A DNA stretch of 63,621 bases, filler included, from Hausera hauseri (taxonomy: Eukaryota): the NCBI GenBank assembly GCA_046269625.1. It is 12 parts of 12 records of this genome, joined end to end, with 100 filler letters (N's around TTAATTAATTAA, not from the genome) between each part and the next. Parts side by side here need not be neighbours in the genome. Positions count along the whole stretch, not along the records: positions 1 to 4,036 come from JBJURY010803643.1; positions 4,137 to 13,389 come from JBJURY010417699.1; 10 more parts are not named here. One strand, 5' to 3'. A program made the translations under genes and the position numbers. Shown here piece after piece: positions 1 through 11,454 of the stretch. Below the pieces are notes generated by a model that saw nothing but the letters and a program-made list of their open reading frames with translations, had not been told where the DNA came from and made no database searches. How positions within the stretch are numbered: position 1 is the first letter of the stretch; every line of letters begins with the position of its first letter.

Positions 1-1779
1 ACTTTTTCTTTTGCCTTATATAGTTTTTATGTCGCTGTGTGTGACGAATAAATCCATAAAACATAACTAAAATCCATATTTTCCTAATGAATTTGTCTAA
101 AACCGCATAAAAGTTCATGTGTTCAAAGTTCACATGTACGTAGAAAATTCGTTTTCCTCTTCTGTGCGTTGATGGAGATGCATAAAAACTTTGCGACACA
201 CATATCCATAATCAGTAACTGATGACCGATCGATTGAAACCCATTATGTTTAATTTGGACGACATTTTTTTCCGTTTTTTTGCCGATTTCCAACGTTTCT
301 CTTCGCACTTCCGTTCCGGATCGGGGTTTTTCCATTCGGACACCGTCATCGCATAGCCCGCGTCTTGGGCTTTCGTTCCATATACTACTCGACACGGGCC
401 GCCTTCATCAGTGCACGCACACACGTGCGTCTATGACGTCATCGGTGCATCGTGCACCAATCTTTTCGGTGCCGTTTGGCTATTCACAGGCTCACTGTTT
501 TGGTACCATCAACCGTTGGTCGCCAACGATTTTCACTTCCCCACAAACCATATGCGGGTTCTGCATCACTTTTTTGCCTGAACTTCTTTCTTCCGCCAAG
601 CATCTGATCGACTTCTTTCCTTCGCCATTCGATGCGTCTTCTGTGCCCCATCTATGTGCACCACTTTCTTCTAACATCCGCATTTTCCGTGCACTTTCCC
701 TGCTTCCGGGGTGCACCGTGCACCGGCGCACGTATTTTTTGAAATCTCCGTGCCGGAATCTGCCAGGCCGATTCGTGTGTGCGCATCAAGCACGCTTCCT
801 ATTGGCTGCAGGGTGACAGGGAAGTGATCAAGAACCCGCATTTTTATACTACTCATAACCGACCTCTTAATTGCTTTTTCATCATTTGACTGACGATCAC
901 CATTGCAGAAGCAAATCGCGATGAGCAAGCACGACGACAAGAGATGATAGAAATGCAAAGAAATGATTTGGGTAATTATCAGGTTTACTACTATCATTGT
1001 TGTTGTGAAATATTTACCATTTACATAAACTATCGCAATAATTTAAGATAAGCAGAACCTTAGTTAGACGTATCTCTTATAAATAAGATGCTGTTATACA
1101 CTTGTTGAGAAATTAAATAACAATCAAGCCGGCATTTTCTAATATTCTGTTTCAATAAAATTTTGACTATGGAAAATTAATAATTAAATAAGATTTGCGT
1201 ATTATGACATAAACATGATGATAATAGTGTGCAAATGTAGGTTTATCCTCACCATCCCAGGTAGAGGAGGTACGGTAACCATGAAAGATTAATATATGGT
1301 GTGAGGATATAATTGAGAACTGAAATTCTAAACTTAAATTAAAAACATTTTTAAATTTTAAAATTCGACAATGAATTTAAATTAAAAATGAATATTAAAA
1401 GTATAATTTAATTTTGGAATTGTCGGAAAATTTGTTTCCAAATGAGTATTTTGATAGACAATAAAATTTTCAACAACTTGTTTTACTTTGCAATGAGTAA
1501 CTACAAACGATCAAATTCCGTTTTAGCGGACATACCAGGGGGCGGGGATTTTCCAACCCTACCCAAGCTGGGCGACGATGTGGACGGCGCGGATACGCCC
1601 ACGGCCAAAATATGGATTCCAATAAATCAATAAGTCGACTGTGCGTGACGGCCGTTGTCATGGTAACCATTTCCATGGTAACTGACAATCGATCTAGCGT
1701 AAAAATCGATAAAGAGATCTTTGTGAAAATCGATAACATACACTGTATTAATCAATAAATAGATCAGTTGAAGGTGTAA

Positions 1780-2420
1780 TAGATAGTGTTCAGGTATGTA
1801 CATCGACATGTGCACTTGAAGCATTTGATGCACTATTTGACTAGGGTGCAAATCAATAATGTTAATTTTCCGATAACTTCAATATGGATGATTCGAACTT
1901 GTGAACAAGTGAAATAGATCACGAAAACTGTGCTCTATCTAACTCTGTAAGCCAGTTTTAAATCGTTGCATTGGTTTTTGAATAATGCCGATTCGAAATT
2001 TGGTTGTGCCGAACCTACATAATTTTTTGTGTCCTAGAAGATCAAAAATCGAAAAATCTTCAAGCGTAGACAGATAGGAAACCATATATGGAGATTCCCA
2101 ATAATGTGTCAGATTTTAAAAATGTTTACGATTCGAATATTTACCGAATTTACCTCGAAAACTAGGTGAACCGTAAATTATTCGAAGCACTTGACCATTC
2201 TGTTGTATTCCCCGTATAGGAAAGCTTTGTATGGTAATACAATTTGTACGGTATAATGCACGGTTGTCCATTATATTGACATAATATATTGCACAATTCA
2301 ACGGTACTTGTTTGTTTAATTAACTGAGAAAACAAAAACCTGGACCTTTAAGTTGAAGCCAGAAAAAATCGAAAAATCTTTAAGAGTAGACACAGGAAAC
2401 AGTATATGGCGAATCGGATT
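1780..2420 (-). repeat. Dispersed non-coding repeat, an inverted homolog of 57.4-58.2 kb; contains a ~60-bp direct duplication (~2036-2098 / ~2361-2416)
   Basis: gtgcaaatcaataatgttaattttccgataacttcaatatggatgatt (1846-1893) aligns to the reverse complement of ~57670-57718. agacagataggaa also matches the reverse complement of ~57481-57493. The motif aaaaatcgaaaaatctt...gtagaca..ggaaac..tatatgg occurs twice. Confidence 0.65.
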
Positions 2421-2653
2421 ATGACGTCACGTGTTCAAAAAACAGTTCACAAATTGAATATTCAAAGATTTGAATATTTGAAAATCGAAGTTCACACAAT
2501 TGACGCATTAAAGCAATTTCAGATTTTGTTAGCAAGATAAGTTCATATAATAGAATTTGAAAATGTTCATGTAAAACATTTTCAAATTTTGTTCTGGAAT
2601 ATTCGAAAAATAATAAATTTAAAATTAAAATTAAAATATAAAAAATAAATACT

Positions 2654-3374
2654 TTAATTTTCCCATCTCAATGGCAGTAGCTGATCTGTATAAATGTTCA
2701 ACATGCATGTATTTGTATCTTGTCGGAAGTAGACACTTTTGCAATTGGATCCTCTGCTGGAGCACCTAGAAATTGGTCAAAATATATCAGGTGATTCAAA
2801 AATATCTCACTTTGATGCACAATGAGTAACAAAATTTGTTTCATACACCACAGACAATCATTCTTCGATTATTGTTGTTCACAACCATTGGCGATATTTC
2901 ATATGCACGAGATGTTGATTGGACTGCGTGGTCCATCACACAAATAAAATCTGTCTGATATGGAACGTGACAACCATAGTCCACCAATACGTCATTGACA
3001 AATAGAACGCAGTCTTCATTTAGCTGAGAATTAGTAGGTTCACTGAGACTCCAATAATGAATTTCTGTGAATGGAGAACCATCGTAATTCATCCATCCAC
3101 TTTTGTTCACCCACCTTTCATTGAGCAAATCTGTTATGCCAACATAGTAAACTCTGTTATTCCAATGTAATAGAAATATATTGGCCAAATCTGGTCCCAT
3201 GGGTAAATGGCCGCCGATTTCTTGACAAAATGTAGCTGCAGAAATGGCCGTTTGTAGACCTGCAGCCTTCTTCAAATAATACGTTTTTCCATTCATCACC
3301 TTAACTTCTGTTTGACATAAAGTTTGTCCAAACAACTGCAGTATCAAAATGGTCAAGTAAACAAGAGCAATCAT
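2654..3374 (-). CDS. Secreted C-type lectin domain protein with a C-terminal PAN/apple-like module; 45-bp intron at 2766-2810; frameshift near 2850 (pseudogene or sequence error)
   Basis: Hydrophobic signal peptide MIALVYLTILILQLFGQTLC. CTLD motifs AATFCQEIGGHL, YVGITD, WSLSEPTN..EDCV, DYGC..FICV. After the frameshift and a GTGAG...TTTCTAG intron the reading is THCAS(R)CSSRGSNCKSVYFRQDTNTCML. Confidence 0.8.
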
Positions 3375-4036
3375 GGATGGAGTAATGACAAGTATGTTGA
3401 ATAAGTATTTATATAAAACTACGTAATTAATGTTAATTTATGGTAATGTCTCATTGATCGGATCAAGGTTTTGTTAGTTCATCAATTCCTGTGACTCATT
3501 TTCTTGAATAACAATTCAAATAGGCCTATAAAATAACACTGACCAAACGTCTACTCTGGTCAGGAATCTTCTATCCTCAATCCATTTATTGAGTTTAATT
3601 ATAAAAACTTGAAAATGTCACATGAACACAAAACATTCACGGAATTCATGCAGATTAGTTGAATGAATTATTGATTCATTTGCCATACATGTACAATACA
3701 TGTATTATATAAATTAGTAAACGTTAGGTAAATTGATTATTCAATAAATATATAAATTGTAAATATTCATAAAGGGCAGTTATTATTTATGCATTGCAAC
3801 TAAATTTGGAGTTATGAAAAGTACCCCATTTTATCCATCAAAATTAACATATCCAAAAATAGATCTGTATCGCCAGACTCCAATTTACATGCTGTCATCT
3901 CATTAAAAATTGTGTAAAATCTTGTAAGCATGAAGGCTGTGTGCAAAAATCGTAATCAAAATTAACTGCTAAAAAGACGGCTGGAAAGTATTAAAATAGT
4001 TTTTAAGTTTAAAAAATGTGTATTAAAGGAAATAAT

Positions 4037-4136
4037 NNNNNNNNNNNNNNNNNNNNNNNNNNNNNNNNNNNNNNNNNNNNTTAATTAATTAANNNNNNNN
4101 NNNNNNNNNNNNNNNNNNNNNNNNNNNNNNNNNNNN
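4037..4136. other. Artificial contig linker (N44-TTAATTAATTAA-N44). The same linker recurs at 13390, 17567, 21627, 25734, 29794, 34270, 40375, 45489, 50662 and 55538
   Basis: The same 100-bp N-padded six-frame stop cassette occurs 11 times, and sequence content changes abruptly across each one. Confidence 0.98.
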
Positions 4137-7100
4137 GTCGAAAAGTGGCTTTGGCACCAGGATGGTGCAACAATGGATGTTGTTGAATGCTTCTTTTTGA
4201 AGCGATTCAGAAATGATGACTTTGGGATTATTAGGTTTGGAGATGTCAAAAGCCACACCGTCGATGGTCTTGCACAATTTGAAAGATTTAAGTATGTCAG
4301 GAGGTGGCTGGTTTTGTTGAAGTTTGGACTGAGGGAAAATTGATGTAAAATCAATCGAGCTGACCAATCGGGACAAAAAGTCAGCTACAAAATTGTCGAC
4401 TCCGTTTAGGTTTTTAATTTCAAAATTAAATGCAAACAAATACGATATTTGATCCTCCCTAGGTGGAGAAGGCGATTTCATGTAAGAATTTGAAGCAATG
4501 ACTTGTGGTCCTTTTGTACTGTAAAGGTTAGTGCGGTTAACAGATGCTTAAATTGTTTTACGGCAAGGACCATTGCAACCAACTCTCTGTCAAAGGTGGA
4601 ATATCTTTGCTCTTGTACTGTGAATTTTCGAGAAAATAATTCTAATGTCTCATGGGATCCATTTTTGACTTGATGAGGACAGCACCTGCATCTGTTGTGG
4701 ATGCATCCGTGGTTAAAAAGAATTCTGCATGGCAGTGTGGATAGGCCAGGATTTCAACCGTTTTTAAACTGTCTTTGAGGTGATCGAAAGCATTGACTAG
4801 CTTGGTGGTCCATTGAATAAGCTGTTTTTTTTGCCAGAGCTTAGTGATGCAAATGGAGCGGTTAGAGTAGAGCAGTGTGGAACATACTTATGAATAAAGT
4901 GTAGGTTCCAAGGGAAGAACGCATTTCTGTTGATGTACGTGGTAGCTGTATGATTTTGAGCTGTGTGATGCGCTCTGGCTGAGGTGAATGTCCGGAGGAG
5001 CTGATAACATGTCCTAGGAAGTTAATTTTTTTTGAAAAAATTGGCATTTGAAAAAATTAATTTGCAAGTTGTTTTGGTGCAAGGGCTGAAAGATTAAACG
5101 TAAGTGCTCGGAGTGTTGTTTCGAGGAAGATGATGCAATGAGGATATCATCGATATACGAATAAGCAAAGTCTAAACCAGAGAGAATTGTATCAATATGC
5201 CTTTGGAACGTCTGGAAAGCGTTACGGAGTCAAAAGGGCATGAAAAGGTATTCGAAAAAGCCGAAAGGCGTAATTGCAGCCGTTTTCGGAATGTCTGCTG
5301 GGGCCACCGGAATTTGGTAATATGCTCTGTGTAAATAAATGCAGGAAAAGATGGTCGAACAATGGCGCATGTGAAGGATATTGTTAATTAGTGGTAGAGG
5401 GTAGACATCCATTGTTGTTATGGTGTTGAGTTGGCGGTAATCACCGCACGGGTGAAAGGTGCCATCTTTTTTCGGAACCACATGCAGTGGTGAAAACCAA
5501 GGGGATTTGGATCTTCTGATTATTTCTGATCTTTCCAGTTTGAGGAACTCAACCTCCACTGATTGTTTGCGTCGAGGCGATAGCGAGCGGATCTTTTGAC
5601 GAATTGGTTTTGGATGTGCTGTTACTATGTGATGAAAGGTGTATTGAGGTGGTACGAATGGTTTGTCCTTTTGCAACATACTCGTGCAGGAAGACGCAAT
5701 TTATTGCTGTAAGTCAGAGGGCAACGATGAAAAGTTATTAGGCGGTGTCGATGCATCGTTACTGGATGCAGTTGCGGTATAAGTTGTAGACAAGGTGTTT
5801 TGACTGGGTGGTATTTGGTGCAGGATGTTTGTGTTGAAGGCAGTGTTGGCAGCTGCAGTATCAGTAATAGGTTCCTTAATAAAAATTCCTGCATAATGAA
5901 TAATTATAAAAATAATTTAAATCGGAAGTCCTTTTTTTAGTATTGACTTGTTGGAAGCGATCGCCCGGGTAGTCACCGAAATTCTGTTAATTTGATTAAA
6001 ATTATGTCCGCTCTTTAAGGAACATCGTTTGCAGTTTACAAGTAACTTATAGTGGGACAGAAAGTCTGAACCCAATATAGGTGTGCGTACATTGGCTACA
6101 GTAAATTTCCAAGTGAATGTGTTTGGGAAATTTGGAAGAGTAAAAGTTAATTTGGTAACACAAAAAGTTTGTAAAGGTTAACCGGACGCCGTGAACAGCT
6201 GCTTTTTTGAAGTGAAATTGTTCTGGATGTGCTGTGTTGGTGGTAGCAAAATGATTGCTGCGCCGGTGTCTATTAGAAAATTAATGTTTTGCTTTGTTGA
6301 AGTGACGAATGCCGCTTCCAAAGTGAATACAGCAAAAGAGATGTGTCGGTTATCTTTTTGTAGGTTGTTGCCTTTGCTAGAACTTGCCGTGTGTCCTAGC
6401 GAAAAAGTCATACTTTTGTAGCTGGTGAGTTTGGCCTACTATTTTGTGTGGGTCTATTAGTGTTGATTTTATTGTGCGTGTTGTAGTTACAACCAGGTAG
6501 GCATTTTTTTGCTTTTGTTCCAAATTTTGCGTGATAGATGCAAACGATGATGCTTATATTAAAATCGGGGGAGTAAAATTTACAACCGATGCAGCATTTC
6601 TGAGCATTGTTACCAAATTTTTGTGGTAGTAGCTAAAAGACGACCGCACGGGCGAAAACAACCATCTTTGTCGTTGATGAAATACATTAGGGGAGGCAGC
6701 CCTAGAAAAACCTCGTCGATGCAGCGTTAATGCATTTAATTTCTCGTTTATGTTATTAATTGTCTTTTGTAAAATTTCGTTTTCTGTGTGTAATTGCGAA
6801 ATTTGTTGCTACACCATTATATTTTGTTGTTGGTTGTTTGTTGTTAATGCCGCAGAGACAGTTGGTGCTGTGTGTGAGTGTAGCACTTCATAGGCTTTGT
6901 CTGCCAATTTGGCTAACTTTTCCATTGCCGTGGAATCCTCGACCACAGTGAGCAAAGCTCTTATTTGAAGGGGAAATGCGTTTAAAAAGTGACGACGAAG
7001 AAGTTCTGGACTATGCTCAGGTGTTACGCCAATGGCACTGAGGTGAGACAAAGATGTGCGCAAGAATTCAGAATGCTTCTGAAGGTCCATGGCGTTGTCA

Positions 7101-7845
7101 TTGAAGAACCTTTGAATGATGGAGTCGATTGACGGCTCTGTGAGCTTAAGGACGGCATTATAAAGTTGAGCATATGGATCGGTGAGGTGAAAGATACCGA
7201 TGATGTTTGTAATTTGGATTTTGATAGAAGTAGGTAAATGAAAAAACAGGCTGTTGGCTTTGGATAAGGGGTCGATGACGTTTTGTGATTGGAGTCAGAA
7301 TTGATAAAGTTTCAGCCATGTTTGAGTAGAATTTTGGCTGTCAAGGTGAATTACTCCCCAATTACTAGGTGAATGAGTGGGGAGTAGGTGCTATGTCGGA
7401 GTGTTTGAAGTACCTTGTTTGGGTAGATAAGTGATGGAGATCGGTGGTTTGGTGGGTTTGTCCGTGCTATCACTAGTGGGTGATGAATCCATACCACCGC
7501 GGATGCGGAAATGTGTGTGAAGATAGATATTGGATGAAGAGAATTGCAGGGTCCCAAAGAGAGGTACCGTGGAGCCGTGGTGACTAAGACAAAAGTCAGG
7601 TGAGCGAAGAAAAGTGGATATGAAATTGTAGATAGCCGTAGTCTTTAGGTGTGTAACTGCATTTGTGCAAATATGTTTGTTATTTAGAAAAAAGAAAAGG
7701 AAATACAGAGGTCGTGCAGCCGAGAGCGTGTCGTTGGGCGGCAGCGAATGGTGCCGTTTGAGCCAAAGGTATAGGGTGGGCGGCCGGGGCTTCCGCCTCG
7801 CCGCGGCGAGTTGCAAATTTCGGGGTAGTCGTGATCTCCGCATGT
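4137..7845 (-). mobile_element. Ty3/Gypsy LTR retrotransposon (CsRn1-clade-like), decayed, copy 1: UBL-gag-PR-RT-RNaseH-IN start, cut by the contig end
   Basis: Gag helical region (ELLRRHFLNAFP...LAKLADK) and two CHCC knuckles. Protease FLIDTGA; RT SPWFSPLHVVPKKDG/CGDYRQLN/YIDDIL; RNase H TTDAS and ADFLSR; integrase HPGAKAT. Many stops and frameshifts. Confidence 0.95.
7493..7708 (-). other. Ubiquitin-like domain (72 aa) fused in frame to the N-terminus of Gag, copy 1
   Basis: LYFLFFFLNNKHICTNAVTHLKTTAIYNFISTFLRSPDFCLSHHGSTVPLFGTLQFSSSNIYLHTHFRIRGG|MDS. Length, beta-beta-alpha-beta-beta hydrophobic pattern and the LHxxxRxRGG terminus match ubiquitin LHLVLRLRGG. Confidence 0.75.
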
Positions 7846-7849
7846 AAAA

Positions 7850-9850
7850 TCTCCTCAACTGTCACTTCATGTTCACTACGCAACAAGTCCATTTTACGGA
7901 CCAATGATGAATTGTTCGCGTAATCCATTGGCGATGGGTCGGCCTCAACGATTACGGCAGTTTCAGGTTTATTACTCCATGCAATAATTTTCTCTGCCGA
8001 TAAATTAAGTCGTCTCTTGAGTTTGTGTAGCATCGGTACAGAGTGTTTGAAAACATTTGTCATCACTTTTTGATACGTTGGTTTTTATTTTGCACCCTTC
8101 GCGTTTCAGCTATATGATTTGAAAAGCAGAGTAAGGTGAAACAACGCTGTCTGCCAAGTCCTGGCAAAAGCCAACGAAATAATTGCGCAACAGCGGGTGA
8201 GGATAAGACATAAAGTATCAAAATATTTGACAAAATCAAATTAATATGAGCTTGATTTTGTATCATACGTTCAAGTTTCCCAAAGAACGTTTCAGGGAAA
8301 TGACCAACAACAGAATGTATCTTTAGTTTCGGATTGCTGTAATAATTGACAACCATTTCCAAAGCCATATCCGAATTCTTTTGTGAAACATTGTCATCAA
8401 TTGTTATAATACTCTGTAATGACATGATTGATGTTGTCGGCGATAAATGCCGCAATGAATGTGACTCATCTTCCTTTTTTACTTGATGACTGTCAGCAAT
8501 AATTGTTAGAACTTCTTCAAGTGAAGAGGAACAAGCCCGAAGTATTCGTGAGCTTACCTGGATGGATTCAAGAGACAATGTACAGTCTTCGAGTTTTTTG
8601 GATTTGCTATTTTGTCTATGTCATCCATAATGATTCCAGGATCGGATAATGATAATGAGTCGGGCACGGGGTTGGACTGAACCTTTTCCACAAGTTTGTC
8701 GTTCAATGTAACACTCGTTTCTGTTGAGGTATCGTCGTTATTTCAGGAGAAATCAAGCATATTATAGCTGACCGTATATCGAAACTTCTGTTCCTGAATA
8801 TCTTCAACGCTCGGGTACCGGAGTTTGTGAAGACAACGATCCAACTGGGAATCCGATTCCAATTTCATAGATGTTAATGTATTAGCACTGATACTTCGAG
8901 ATAGTTGTGAGTGCGGTATAAAATTAAAAGAATCCCCTGAATCAAATGATAAACTACCTACAGTTCTTACAGATCTTGGAGTACTGACTGAGTCGGAATT
9001 TCGATTCAAAGAAGGTCCAGTGACAGGTATTAAAAAGCCATTATAAATATAATGCGTAACGGCTTCACGTATTAGAGGATGAGACACTTGATTAACTTGG
9101 CGATAAGGATGCAGATAAGTGGAAAAGAGCTGCAATTATGGACATGTTCTAATGAATGTGCTATTCAATTGGTCGAACAACACTACATGACAGAAATATG
9201 GCAGTTTTTTGGAAGACTGGGCTTGAGCGCACTGAGCGCCGTTGGCAGTACCGGACAGAAACCGGATTAAAGTGCAGCGCTGTATGCAACGTCTTCATTT
9301 GTAACAGTTTACGTTAATAGGAGTAAAACGGTAACTCTGGTCTCTTTACCCAAATGACTGTCTCTATGAAGAAGCGGGATAAGAGGGTTAAGAAGAGGAA
9401 AAGGATCTCGGAAAATTGAAAAATCGATTTCACTGCAAGGATTTTGCAACAGAGGTTCATTACTGACTCGCACGCAAATCAGCTTCAGCAAATGAAAAGA
9501 GGGCGATCTTCAATTGTCGGCTTGACCTGATACTGTATTCATTAAGAAGACGGAGTAATGGTTCAAGAAACACTCTATGTCGTAACGCACTCGTGCGATG
9601 GTAGGCAATAATTGCTGCAAAGAGACGCAACTGTTGACGTTTCAATCGTTCCAAGGCATCTCCAGAATGGTGGAAACTCAAACCGTAAACCTTGTTGAAC
9701 AAATCTTCCTGAATTGAATACATAAATATTGGAGAGATATTCTCAGATGTCGATGAATTTTCCTCATTTGGTCTCAAAGTCGCCTCAAATTCCCCAGTTT
9801 TACAAATGTCCACACATTTGATTATTCCCAAAATGGTACCGGTTAAAGCT
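7850..9850 (-). pseudogene. FHIP1: FHIP1/FAM160A (FTS- and Hook-interacting protein) homolog, frameshifted, 3' end abutting the Gypsy copy
   Basis: LIPLLHRDSHLGKETR, FCPVLPTALSAL..SLP, HPLIREAVTHYIYNGFLIPVTGPSL and GHFPETFFGKLERMIQN match FAM160A motifs. Split over several frames with no obvious introns. Confidence 0.8.
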
Positions 9851-9904
9851 AACAGAGGGCCGCCGCAAGTCGTACTGAACAGGCAGCCGGTATCGACGTA
9901 CAAA

Positions 9905-10371
9905 ACATCAGTATCAATTCCAGTTACTCAACAATCATTTGACAGACTAACACCACCAAATTCACTCTAATCTATATTGTCTGCATAAATAAAAAATGTG
10001 TCTGGTTCCAGAAATAAAAATAAACTCTTCTTAACATCACCAGTAACATTTAACAATTCTGCCTGATGTTACTCTGATCGTCTCCATATAAATTTTTATA
10101 AAGGGTACCTCCGATATGGTTGATAACATTTTCCACGTTCAACACAGCCTGCAGGCCCGCTGTTTATTATTAAAACTTTTGCAAACAGGTCCAATGCTCG
10201 TTTTGATCTAGCAGCTGATATTCCTGCAATACCACCTCCAATGACCAAATAAGATTCTTCTGTTGGTAAATTAGATGCAGTTTTAATTTCAGATGCAGCA
10301 CATGTCTCTTCTGCACGTTCCTTTTCAGTACCATTCTGCAAACCAACTTCATGCTTCTGTTTGTGACTCAA
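9905..10371 (-). pseudogene. AIFM1: Apoptosis-inducing factor (FAD oxidoreductase) N-terminal fragment with in-frame stops
   Basis: YLVIGGGIAGISAARSKRALDLFAKVLII...PYRRYPL and downstream KKSLFLFLEPDTFFIYADNID*SEFGGVSL parallel AIFM1 [29 protein letters not shown]...PYMRPPL...ERSIYFQPPSFYV...ENGGVAV. Confidence 0.8.
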
Positions 10372-10749
10372 TTGTTCCTCTAGTTATATTAACTTGTTCT
10401 GAATTATTCTTCCATTTAATAAATGATTTCTTTTTATCAAAATATATCGAACAATGGAATTGAATAAATTTATTTTTATAAACTTCATAACCTTAAAATT
10501 ATACACTCAAAACTGAAATTGATGCAAAAACATTTCTAGTAAAGTGTATAGGCATTGTTTGATGAATACCAAAGTTACATGCAATTATAAAACAATAGTT
10601 TTGTAAAGACAGTCTAACATGCAGATCAGAATGTTTAAGATTCACAATGGAAAAAAATGTTACCTTCGTGAAAAAATCCTTGTCCGTGCGGCTTGAAATA
10701 AACTGGTATATTTTCTGACTCCATTTATTAATTGGCAATTCCATCGGAG

Positions 10750-11040
10750 TCGAAACGATATATTGACTCATGTCAGAACCGCCACCGACTAACACTTTAA
10801 AAGGGGCCACAAATAGGCTTGAGCCAAAAAATTCCTGCAATGCGTCATTTGGATCTCTAGAGGTGAAGACATTATTCAAGTCAAGTAATTCAAATTCATC
10901 GCTGCTGTCGTAAAAACGAGATGACCGAGCAAGATCTGCGGTCCCATTTAACCCTTCATGGCCATATCTATCATAAATTTTGTGTTTGTTATCATCTGAT
11001 AATATTTCATAAAATTGACTAATTAACTTGGACATTTTTC
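10750..11040 (-). pseudogene. DnaJ class B (DNAJB6/B2-like) fragment lacking the HPD part of the J-domain
   Basis: YEILSDDNKHKIYDRYGHEGL...FTSRDPNDALQEFFG; 5'-truncated. Confidence 0.75.
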
Positions 11041-11454
11041 GGTAACTGATAGTTGAAAAATATCGATATCCAAAATCATCCGAATAATATAACAAAAATG
11101 GCGTATAAAACATTAAAATTCAAGAGTTTGCTAAATTTTTTATTTATTAAAACAAATCATTTTTCAAGTTTGAAAGCATGTATTTACAAACAACAGCAAA
11201 AAAGAAAAAAAATCAGATAAAATCAACCTGCAACTGCAGTTATAGCCACTAAAGATAGATATTGAGACTCTGGATGAGAAACGGTTGTCAAATCACTCTC
11301 ACAAACACTAGTGGAAATTTGATTCTGAGGTGTTTCTACGACACCGAAAACGTTACCAGCACAGGATTTGTCCCGATAACTATCGTCAGACATTGTCGCG
11401 ACCCTTGAAAATCCACCAGAACTGGTAACTCAAGTCAAATCGGAAATCGCCGAC

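Noticed and set aside
280-816. 178-aa ORF and overlapping ORFs in the GTGCAC-rich region
   Set aside because: No recognisable motifs; more likely a GC-richer non-coding repeat.
4037-4136. Recurrent TTAATTAATTAA motif as a biological repeat
   Set aside because: It is always centred in identical N padding, so it is a synthetic contig joiner. No linkage across it was inferred.
7820-7831. PBS for Gypsy copy 1 (CGACTACCCCGA on the minus strand)
   Set aside because: Only ACCCCGA matches the tRNA-Trp PBS and the TGG start is absent, which is too weak to call.
7680-8066. 128-aa ORF as a real gene
   Set aside because: It is a chimeric read-through from the FHIP1-associated remnant into the retroelement leader, in a different frame from the UBL.
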